Source of the DNA: Amphiscolops sp. MND2022
Taxonomy: Eukaryota
Length of the DNA stretch: 64,000 nt
Assembly: GCA_964187785.1 (NCBI GenBank)
Contig: OZ076410.1
Coordinates: 42,904,001 to 42,968,000, forward strand
Direction of reading: 5' to 3'
A program made the translations under genes and the position numbers. Positions 24,077 through 34,661 of this stretch are shown here, piece after piece. The notes beneath the pieces were generated by a model. The model worked only from the letters and a program-made list of their open reading frames with translations, did not search any database and was not told the origin of the DNA. Position 1 is the stretch's first letter. Each line of letters begins with the position of its first letter.

Positions 24077-26409
24077 GACATTTCGTCAATTTCGATATCA
24101 GTTTGAGGCATTTTTCTATGAAACTGCTTTCATTACTCCCGAAAAGCCTCGTGGAAACACATATTTTCTTCCCGGTTGAACGATTTTAACATTTTATGCC
24201 ACCAAAATTATCAAAAAAAATTGTTAAAAGTTGCAAAAAAACGTCAAACGGAAAATTTTACATTTTAGGGTTTTTTTTGGTGATTTCGGGGCTTTTGGGG
24301 TCAACCAAAAATCCAAAAATCTCCACAAATACATATCGCATGAAACTAAACTTACGTCAGTTGGTTCTCTATGGGCGAAACCCTTCACCTTGGATATGAA
24401 TTTGGAACACGGCAAAGTTTGGAAAACACAATTAAAATTGTTTCCTTTCCAAAAGCCATTAAATAATAAAATTCGAAATATAATAAAATTTATTGAAAAT
24501 AATAAATAATGATAATAAAATATTAAATTTTGGACATCTTTAATCGTAGATTTTGCCAGGCTACTGATAATTTGACTGTGCTCTCATGATATTTTATGAC
24601 AATGATCATGCTGTGGCAGTATGTTCACCATTTGTGATAGTGGGGTGCTACCCAAATGACGCTTTTTACTACTCTACTATTCGTCAAAATTCGCTCAAGG
24701 TGATGTCAATTTACTTACTGAATTATCAATAAATTAAAAAACTTCTCACATTTGATCTGCTAGTGTAAGGATATTTGCAAAAAAACTTTCTGAAAACTTA
24801 TCTACTGTTCTGACTAAGAACAAAATGTTCACAGCAGCTGAACTTTATATATCTGATTTTACTCGCCAAGATTTTTTGCAGCTCAGAGGGAACTCTAAGG
24901 GAACTCGGCTAATTATTCTCACACATGCTAGTAATCCTTGCATTTATGAAACTCGCAGAAAACAACATGACTTGTACCTATCACTATAATGTGGAACTGT
25001 AACAAAAAAGAAATCAATTGAAAATGCTACCAGAGTTTGATAGAACTCGTTGGAAACATTTGACCTCATACCCCGTGATATCACCAACTTAAGCTTTAAA
25101 CAAATCAAATGAACTCCTATAGGAAAAATATCTTCTTCATTCATGTTGCTTGATGCACTGAAACAAAATGACTTTTTTCATGCCCCGAAACTACCCTATA
25201 GGAACTGTTTTTGAATGTTGCACATAATCCAGAATGTTGCACTTGTCTTTTTCCTTTTTTCCTCGATAGTTTGGGCGCTTTTTACTCCCACATAATGATC
25301 CCAGTTAAATACGGTTACTCGTAGGAAAGACTGATCATCCTCCGAGTCAAGTTCAACCTTTTCCATTGGCGACTGGTCTGTTGTTCGATTATGGGATATT
25401 GAACCTTCTTCGACTAGCACTTTCCATTCAGCTTCAGGTTCTGCGAGTCCCAGATTGGATCTAGTACTCACTCGTTCTATACCGGCTGTTGCTGCTGGGC
25501 GACGGAATTACTGGCCATTGTCGGGATTTCCAGTCCCATTTGTGTTTGTTTTCCGGCATTTACGTTCAATTTTATTGCAGCTTTTGGTTGATGAAATTTT
25601 TCGGTCATTTTGTTACGCTTTCAATTCGGCTGTTTTGCTACAGTTACATAATTGGATGTTTTGTTAAGCTCCTAAATCGTCCAATTTGTGGCGTCCCCTT
25701 TTGTGAGAAATAAAATTTACGTCAGTAAGTTACCGTCAATCGGTATCGTTTTTCTTTTATTTCTCTGAACTGTTTGATCAGTTGCTAGGGAAAGATATTG
25801 AAAGTGAACGAAAATTTGAAGAGCTTTGTTCACTGTGGCCAAATCTTATCCTCAGTGTCAAGAACTTTCAGAGGCGTTACCGCGATTGATGAATTGCTTT
25901 CAGTGTCTCGGCTAGAGAACCCGTGTTTCCCTCCCATACAAAAACAGGTTGCTCATTTTCTGGACCATAAACCTTTATGGCTCAGAGTATGGTCAGCCTG
26001 GAGACATAAAAAGAAAATTAGGATAACGTAGTCAATTAACGCATACACTGATGAAATTACTAGATATTTCCCAACCAAAATGTCAATACAATCACCAAAA
26101 ACAAACAAGGAAACAATCATCAATTTTCGGCAGCTTTTGCAGAATTATCGGTAATTTTTCTCGAAAGATTGAAAAATCACACAGCAAAGTGGGTACTGCT
26201 TTAACAAAACAGTTAATTAACTAAGGGGTGGCTTGGAACAAATTGAGTGATTATAGTTTATCTTCAACTCCGCTAAGAGTTTAACGGAGTTCTGACCTGC
26301 AATGTACCGTCCGCAGATACAAAATGTCGAATGTGGATCTATTGCCTTCAGCCTATCAAGCTGGCGGATCTCAATATTTGAAAATTTTTGTTTAGGTTTC
26401 ATATCAAGT

Positions 26410-26635
26410 CAACCCGCGTTTGGAACAAATATTTATGATTTCTGTTTGATCATAATCAGGACCATTTATGATTCCAGACTGGATCATGAAGGTTTATGGT
26501 TTCAGGCTGACCATACTCTGGACCACATATGATTCCAGGCCGATCATGGCGAGATCATAAAAAGGAAATTTGTGTGATTTGTATGGTGTCATAATATGGT
26601 CAGATTATGATGGGCCTGGTCGGGAAACCCGGGAA
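26410..26635. repeat. Degenerate short-period repeat (GGACCA..TATGATTCCAG..GATCAT units), possibly a small MITE
   Basis: Two related units about 60 bp apart, at roughly 26460 and 26520; weak terminal similarity (CCCGCGTTTGG vs the reverse complement CCCGGGTTTCC). Confidence 0.4.
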
Positions 26636-27243
26636 TGAATGTTAGATTAAATAATCTTCAAAAAATGCTGATCGAAAATAGTTGTGCAGAAAAGCAGTGA
26701 AGTGATCAAATAGGGCTTAATCAAAATGCGCTTAAACTCATGATACATTTCAAAATCCAACAAGCCCAATTTCAATATAATCTGTTTAAAAAGTTAAGAG
26801 CCTTGACACGGCGGAGAATATGGACGGGCGGAAACCCCTGAGAGAGCGTAATATGGGTTTCTACTAAATTGAAAACGGTGATGTTTTTGTGCGTTCCTGG
26901 ACAACAACAGCAACAGTGAATGTTATGGCCACATGAATGGAGGAAGCTCTTGAGTAGAATGCAAAGTAGAAGTGGATAAATATAGCTGCGCATATGTACC
27001 TTTTTTGGCTGGTTGGTCATAAGGTGTTGGTAGATAGCGAAATTACAATAGTGAAAATTGGGTACCATAAAAGTTGAATCAAGAAGTAGCTGAGCTTCAA
27101 TATTGAAGAATTCAAGTGTATGACTGCATAAAATTAAATTAAAGTGGACGCTCAAGGGGCGAGACCGGTGTTGATATGGAATTTTCCACTACCACACGCC
27201 AACGTTTCCCTTGGGAGACCGGCCAGGTAGAATGTTATGAGGA

Positions 27244-27317
27244 CTATGTTGGATTTGTTCAATTTATTTGTTAGTAGCAAAAAGTCACAATTGGGATAGA
27301 ACACAAATCAAACTTAC
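27244..27317 (-). other. Candidate spliceosomal intron (74 nt) of an unidentified transcript
   Basis: On the minus strand: donor GAG|GTAAGT at 27317, branch point TACTAAC at 27276-27270, acceptor CATAG at 27244. Confidence 0.5.
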
Positions 27318-27998
27318 CTCTCTGAACATTCTCAAGAGGGTTTGGTGTGAACGCTGCTGAGTGGGCACTAGGAGAACAGGCTACAGACAGCAACCAAGAC
27401 TCCAATTCGAAGGAGAGGGAAAGAAAAAGTAGGAGAAAGAGAGAGAAGGAGGTTGTGTTGAATAAGCTAAAAGAGAGAGGAAACAGGCGCAGTAAAAAGC
27501 AGCAAAGAGCAGCAGTCAAATTGTGTCGCCTCTCGTTATGCTAATTTTATGCCTCTTTCTCTGTTCTTTTCCATACAAATTAGCTTCTTTGCTCCCTAAT
27601 CCTATTCCCATTAATTTACAACCACCAAGTTCCAGCTCTCTCATCTCCTGCTCTCCCAGAAGTCACCCAACTTTCGACTAACATCGATGCCACATGTAGG
27701 TAGCTCATTGCTTTATTGTCATCTTCCAGATCTCTCATCACAATAACGACAGGTAAGCACTTGAAAAAAATCAAGTCATTGTTTGCGTAAACAATTCATT
27801 CATGTGTTCTATTCAGTCATCCGACTGATTATCATAATTTTGATTTTATTGTTAGTTTTCTTGACAAACAAAAGATATTTGAGCCTACTAAGTGAAGCAA
27901 TGATTATTTGCTTTCACAAAATGGAGTTGTTGGTTTTCTTCCAATTTTAGCGAGACAATATTACGAAGAAATTAGCCAAGAAATTTTACTAAGAAATA

Positions 27999-28031
27999 GA
28001 AGAAGAAGAAGAAGAAGAAGAAGAAGAAGAA
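27999..28031 (+). repeat. (GAA)11 microsatellite
   Basis: Perfect trinucleotide run read directly from the sequence. Confidence 0.98.
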
Positions 28032-28590
28032 AGTGTATTTCCCTAATTCCCCGGGGTGGACGCCGAATAAGCAGTTCTGCTCTTCTAAGTCGGTGCCCTT
28101 TCGGATACTATCTCCCCATAGCAAGCTATGGTACCATATTTGCAGCCAAATGGTCAAGCAATGGTGGACTTGAAGCTGTGGTTTCAAAGTAACTTGCTCA
28201 AAGTAACTTTCTCAATAGTTTCGTTCGTCATCTAAACAGTAAGTTGTTTGGGATCTAAAAATTAGGTTTAGCACTGGATTAGCTCAAAATGGTCGAGCAA
28301 TTTGAGTTCTTTTAAGTCTCACAAAATTTCAAAGAATAGACTAAAATTAGGAAGGAGCCCCTCTAACGTTTTTAACAGAAAGCCACGAAAACCATTCCCC
28401 ATTCTTCTTTCATTTTCTCGCTTTCCTGTCTTATTCCTGTTCCAGTGAAGTGTCTTAGATTTTCTAAACCACTCAAAAGCTCTCGTTTTAAGGCAGTCTA
28501 TGACCGAAACATTTTAGAGCAAAAACTTGGTCGCATTTGATAAAATTGCTGGAACTTTTTGCATGTTCTTCAAAGTTGCCACGTAGATTT

Positions 28591-29304
28591 TGTAACGGCA
28601 AGCGCAGAGCGTTTGTGACGTGACAATAGAGTGAAGGAACTGATTGCCATGGAATAAGATTCGGGACCAATCACCATGACATTAGCTCATTTTGCCTCCT
28701 AAGGCTTGCCGGTCCCACCGAGTGGGATTCGTCTTAAAGACGCTCTCTGGCCTGATACCAGTCGGTTACACCTAAAAATCAAGGGCATTGCACAGGATTT
28801 GCAACCACCACGTAGATAGCTTTCAAAAAACTGTTTGGTTGTTGACAACTGAATTACTCTAGTGGGAAGCTGGATAAATGCAGACACGAACAAATGATAA
28901 CAGCAACAGCCCTCAAGCATATTACAATCTAAATACAAATACCTCACAAATTATGATATTAGAGTCCAGTTCGGCGAAAACTGTGGATCCTGGGTCGTCA
29001 TGGCACCAGCGCTCGAGTTGGGCACAGACTTTGGGCACGGGTAGACACTTTAAGGTGTCATGGGAACTCTGGGTTCGGCACAGTAAAATACAGGATTCTC
29101 CGGGCAAACACAGTGGTTTGGCACGTTTTGGTTCTTTTTCTACTGTCTACACGCTTGGTTGTCTCGCTCTCTCTCGTGGGGCGACTTTCTTGACCGTCTT
29201 TCTTCATTTTTTCTGACAGGTACATCGCCAAATCTTGCTCAGGATGCCACGTCAGATTTGAACGGAAGTTGCGAGAAATTCGTTGATCACAGGATGCCGT
29301 TACA
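28591..29304 (-). repeat. LTR of the TGTAAC family, with an attached internal remnant (about 29305-29460)
   Basis: Perfect 10-bp terminal inverted repeat TGTAACGGCA...TGCCGTTACA; reverse-complement homology to 54255-54993 and 60448-61159. In sense orientation it is preceded by GGCCCCGGGTGTGG. Confidence 0.85.
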
Positions 29305-30093
29305 CCACACCCGGGGCCTCTGGCTTGTGTTCAAGCATCGCAGGACCTCGTCCAGGAACAGGCTTGCCTCCAATGCTGTGGATACCTTGTCATTCATCAC
29401 AGAACAAGCACGAATCCTTGTTTGCCATCTGCATTTGGAGTAGCGCCGTCTGAAACCTTACTGTTTTTTACATAAAGACCTCGTATTTTTTTCAAAAAAC
29501 GGCAATTTGTTTAGCACCAGCTCAAGAACTAGACTTTTTGGATGGCATATGCCTATTTTGAAGCACTATCAGACGTTAAAATGTTTTTTTTGGCGGACAA
29601 TGCCAGCTAAAAGATCTTGTGACATCAGTTCTTAGATTTTCGTTTTCCAAAATTTTTAGGCTACAATTTTTTTCTGAGGCGCGATCAGGCTTCGCAACCA
29701 CAAAAACAGCTGATAGAATGCACATGACACAACAATAGAGCTAAACCCTGGGATAAAATTTCTCGTTTCGTTTTTTTGCCTTCGGACTCATTTGGTCAAC
29801 ACCGCTCGAGGTGCTAAGAGACAAGAAAAAATTCTTTTTTTCGTGATTTCCTTTTGGATCATTGTTGAATTTGGTAATTCCAACACGCGAGACTGGCGCA
29901 CTCTAAGGCCATACACCCACGGCATACTATAAATACCAGCTAATTATATAACACAAACTCAAAATTGCACCGGTTTGGAAAGGACCGTAGAGGACAATAC
30001 AACAAGTTTTTGCAACGGTCATTTTTGATGCATTGCCAGTCTTTTCGGTGAGCCCTCGAGCTCACCTATTCAATTAGCATTCTTTACCTTCTT

Positions 30094-33000
30094 TCAGTGC
30101 ATAGCGGACTTGTGCCGAATACGAGGTGGAACCTCCGCGACATCACTCACAGAAGCTCGTTGTCGAGGAGACAACACCAGGAATTCCGTGTCAGAGTCGA
30201 TAGTTAGACCATCGATGGGTTCCACCAACCCGGCATTGGGCGTTAGCTCCTCAGCATGTTCTCCAGGTTGTTCTGGCGTCACAAAATGACCTGCCGGTTC
30301 AAGAGGTTCCACTGTTTCGTTTGGAGCCTCCAGTGTCATTGTGTCATCCAAAGACATTGCCATCATCATTGGAGCTGAGTCAGCTGGCGGATGGGATAGG
30401 TGGGCCAAAGCCCTGGCGTGTTCCGCCTCGGCTCTGCTGGCGGCAGCTATTGCCACAGGTTTGGATTTCCACCCGGGTTGCTTCCAGAGCTCGCATGCTT
30501 CTTTCCATACATCGAATCCAGCTACTTCTAGCTTTAGGCACTCGTCTTCCCACTAGGCACGCAGTTCAGGGCCAAGAACCGAGTTGACTAACTCGCGTAG
30601 CACCTGCGGCATGTCCCCCAACATGGTCATTCTCCCTTGAAGGTGGCACGCAGGTTCATACAGCACAGGAGCCATGCGGCAGGATAAATTGCGTTGCCGC
30701 ACCTGCTCTGGTGCCTCAATCCATTGTTGCAATCGAGCAACGTCAAGATACTCTATATGGTGGTGCAGGTGCTCCTGTCCACGAACTATGGGAACTATGG
30801 GGCGTGCAAGAGGGTAGCCCACAGGCTCTTTCCAGTACTGATTTGGAACTCGAAGAAGCTTCAACTCATAATTTGAAGGTGCATGGTAGCTAGTCCTCAA
30901 GCTACCGGTAATTACTTGCCTCAACAACTCGGCATGCCAAAGGAACCTGAACGGTTTTCCGTCCAGATTCAGGGGAGCATTGTACCAGTTCATTGGGCCA
31001 TACTCACGAGGTAAAATGCTGGCCTTGCGAGTACGAGCCCGTATGACTCCCATCATGTTTTGCTCGGACTGTTTTTCTGTCTTGCTGGTGGTGTAGACCT
31101 GAGGTACCTCGCTTCTGTGCAACTTGGTAATCCATTGGACAGCAAATTCGTAATCCATTGACGGACTGCCTTACAAATACCTGCAAATGGATACAGTGGC
31201 CACTTGCGCAGCCAGTTACTGGTTTGGTGAGATACCGCAAGATTCCCATTGGTCCAAAACTGGGGTTGGGTACTGGCGCTACTACGGTACGAGGTATTCC
31301 ACTTCAGCCAAGGTCAGCCAAAGTCAAGTCTGCCAACTGCTGAGGCATATGGAAACCTGCATTTGTGTTGGGCAAATGGATGTCTGCATTTTGCAATGCC
31401 TGGGCTTGGTCTACGCCCATGGACAGGCCAGACGCAAACACTAAAGAGGATAACAGCCAATGCTGTAAGGACGCAGTTTCAATAAGGGTTCCGTGTAATT
31501 CTGTTTAGTCTTCAGGAACAACACCTCTCCCAAACCAATTGGTTCATTCATTTTGCCTTCAGCTAGCACCAGGTACGTATAAATATCAATCAAATTGCCT
31601 GCAGTGACCAGGTTCACCGCAATGGCCAGAAGACCAGTCAGAAACTTAGTGGAACCTAAAGCCAGCGCGAGAGCTACTACTTCATTCATAGTCATGGATT
31701 CAAACGTTTCGGTGAGTTTCTTCACTTGGGCTTGGTTCAACTCAAATTCATCAGTGACAACGTCCAGATTCCTGCCAAAGCCGAAACTCGTCATCACGGC
31801 TGGGAAGGATACCGACTGCCGCGAAATGCCACTGGTAATGTCACCGTTGCAATTTGAGCATGATTCGTTAGGCGTAAGGAAGCTCGCAAGCTTCCACCAC
31901 CAGTTCCAAGACCACAGCGTCTTGGGTCACGATGTGTCGCAGATCCCCCGGCAACTTGATAATTTCCGTACCTTCGGGAATACGAACTTGAGAAATGGTT
32001 CGCTCCACCTCACGATATACTGGCCATCAACCAATTTGCTCCCACACGGCGGCTAAGTCCGCCTTCACCGGTGTTGTGCGGCCTTCACGCACCAGCCAGT
32101 TATATCAGCGCATGCGCGCACGCTCTGCCAGTGTGGCGTCACGAAGAAGGCGATGACCTTCGTGGTCGAATGTCAGACAATCAATTTGCATTCCATGATC
32201 GTAAAGGATTGCAGCGTCCCATGTCAACTGAGCGTTTCCACTCAGCTCTGTGGTTTGCAGCAGACACGAAGTAGCAGCTAGGTAGGCACGAGCCGAGTGC
32301 GCGGCTGGACGCAAGTCGTCCATCCCAACGCGCAAGTTGGAAGCACAAATAAAGAAGTCTATTTGCCGGACCGAACACACCTCAGTCAACATGAACACAA
32401 ATTGCTGCAACGCACAACCCCAGGACATCAGGTCCGGAGGGGACACCAATATCGCAGGGGAGTTAAGTTGGGTGCGCAGCAACTCCGCAGTTCTTTCAAT
32501 TGCCGTCGACGCTTGGTGGGGCAACCGCGCAACTTCGTTTCGGCTTGCCTCAATGGCACCCATATCTCGTAGAAGTTGCGGCAAATTCTGTAAGAGACCC
32601 TCGCAAGCCAAGGGGTCAATTAAGTTGGCCAAAACAAACTCCTTAGGTGGTTGTTCCTTTTCGGAGCCCTCGAGCTCCGGTGCAAACATTGACACCACTA
32701 CTTCAGCCATTTCCGGCGGGCGTGCCAGTGGCATGGTCACCACCATCACATCGGGCAAGACGTCGTATGGCAGAACGCAGGAGATGATTAAAGCTACCAT
32801 TACGCAACACGTTGTCCGTTGAACCACATTCTTGAGAATAGGCTTCAAGGATTTCAGGCTGCGGGCATAAACATTGTGGGCTTCCCACGTTTCTCCTTCA
32901 CGCAGCGCACATCTTCCGGCGATCTGTTCTACCATGTTGTGGTGCAATGGGTGGAGGTAGTTGTCATGCGCCTGCACCAATCGATCGTAGACATGTCTCT

Positions 33001-33760
33001 CCCACGATATCAACATCAAATGCTCGCAGTAAATGCGACAAGTGGGATACTATGGACCGCTTCGGTAGCTGCTTCTGTTCCCCGTTGGATGGCGGAGCTC
33101 GCTGTCGATCACAATGCTATGGCTCCGACAAGTGTGGTGCCACCTGCCAATTGCGGCTATCATCCCGCGTGACCAACGAACAGATAAATCCTCGGAGGAT
33201 GGGTAGTACGCTGGGGCTCGAATGGCTGGCTTGGATGTGGCGACCGCAGCTGAAGATCGAGCACGAACGCCGGACTAGGAGCGTACACGCCCATCACTTC
33301 GCTCATAGACATCTGTGGTTCGGGGATACCTCGGTAGCCTGCCTTAGGAGGCTTAGAGATTACAACCGATCCTCGGTTGCCATCGCATTGTTATTATTTA
33401 TCTGGAGGATGACGACTGGTCGGGCTGTCACTGCAGTTCGGCGCGCCATCTATGTCATGTTGCGAAGCTCGCTTGCGCTCTGGTTCCTCGTTTGACACGG
33501 GTGACAGGCGTGATACAGCAGATAGCGCTCTAGGGGCTAGCATGCAGTCTTGAGGCTGAGCCGGAGTATCCAGCAGCGTTTGCAAAACAGTCAGAGTGTG
33601 GGAAATGGTTTCTACGAAATCTTTGGACTCAGAATAGTTCACCACCGCTTGGAGAGCCACGATTACCGCTTGTTCATTAGGTGTTCTATTGGCTATGTTG
33701 AGCAGCACCATCAATTGGGCTGACGAATAAGCTGACTGCACTCTATCGCTGAATGCTGGA
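30094..33760 (-). pseudogene. Gypsy B extension part 2: about 1100-1200 codons of broken ORF including an SGNH-hydrolase-like domain
   Basis: Consecutive minus-strand ORFs 33394-33903, 32105-33019, 31441-31797, 30553-31158 and 30094-30456, joined by read-through of isolated stops and frameshifts. An alternating beta/alpha SGNH-like pattern lies at about 32330-32760. Confidence 0.6.
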
Positions 33761-33761
33761 C

Positions 33762-34661
33762 CTGCAAGAAATCGGTCATGTCGTAAGAGATATAATCGAC
33801 CACATTGGGATGTAGGACGCCAGAATACACAATCTCTTGAGGCAGACATATTCGAGGAGTGTGTCCCTGCACCGCGGCCAAATCTTGCCATACTGAGCGC
33901 CATATTGGTTATCAGCGGTTGCCCGGACCCATGTGTCCAAAGTGCTCAGCGCTGCTTTTGCAGGCAGCGGCTGCTCCAAGTCGTTAATCCTTTCATCCAG
34001 CAAACGGAACCGCGGATAACCGACGAAGCACGTGGTAGTCGGTTCTAACCACCAGCTGAATTTCACCTTGCCTCGAAACCAATCGATGATATGGAAGCAT
34101 AGAATCAGCTCTTGCGTAGTGAAAATCCTCAGACTTTCCAAAATTGCAAAGCAAGTGCAATGGTTTACCAGGGTTTCTACTCGTTGCGCCGCGACCAAAC
34201 AGCAACCACCACTACGGGGCTGGACTGTAAATGCCACCGTGTTCGACCTGCACTCCATATCGGTCAAGCAGCAGATTAACTGTTAAGCATCGTACCAATT
34301 GCACTAGCTCTCGTTTAAATTTGAACGGGCCAAATACTATACTAGGAGAAACAGGCGGAAAAACAGTAGCCAAGGTGAACTACAGGCCTTTGCCATCATT
34401 TGTCTACTCTCTGAACCAATGGCAAGGTGCTTTCACAACACCAGGCATTGCTATCTGTTGAAGAATCATCTCTACCGGATGTTTATCTGTCCGTTCGTCT
34501 CCTGAGAAAGTTTTCTCCCCTCGTACTGTGATACGATGAATCCATTCATCAATCTGTTGTCCCTCCGGGGACGCCCCATGTCCAATAGGAACCTCCCGAC
34601 TCTCATTCACAGCTAAGATGCAAACGCAATCGCGCAGTCCACATGCTCCGCACTTATACTG
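33762..34661 (-). pseudogene. Gypsy B extension part 1: Cys motif plus the domain shared with A and C
   Basis: QYKCGACGLRDCVCI at 34661-34617; WIHRITVRGEKTF; FTLATVFPPVSPSIVFG at 34379-34329; ESLRIFTTQELILCFHIIDWFRGK; ISYDMTDFLQ at 33791-33762. Confidence 0.85.

Noticed and set aside
27150-27243. ETLACGSG as a Hedgehog-like signal-peptide/CGPG junction
   Set aside because: The frame stops within about 15 codons and shows no Hedge-domain residues.
27908-28192. Poly-Arg protein (and the antisense poly-Phe ORF)
   Set aside because: Artefact of the (GAA)11 microsatellite.
28591-29304. MITE interpretation of the TGTAACGGCA...TGCCGTTACA element
   Set aside because: Homologous copies occur as direct repeats around element D with PBS-like and PPT-like neighbours, so they are LTRs.
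30048-30067. GGTGAGC-N6-GCTCACC hairpin near the 3' end of Gypsy B as a functional RNA element
   Set aside because: A 7-bp stem is expected by chance in 64 kb, and there is no second copy to show covariation.
31595-33495. Long plus-strand ORFs (31595-32056, 32337-32822, 32947-33495) as antisense genes
   Set aside because: Shadow ORFs opposite GC-rich minus-strand coding sequence; no motifs.
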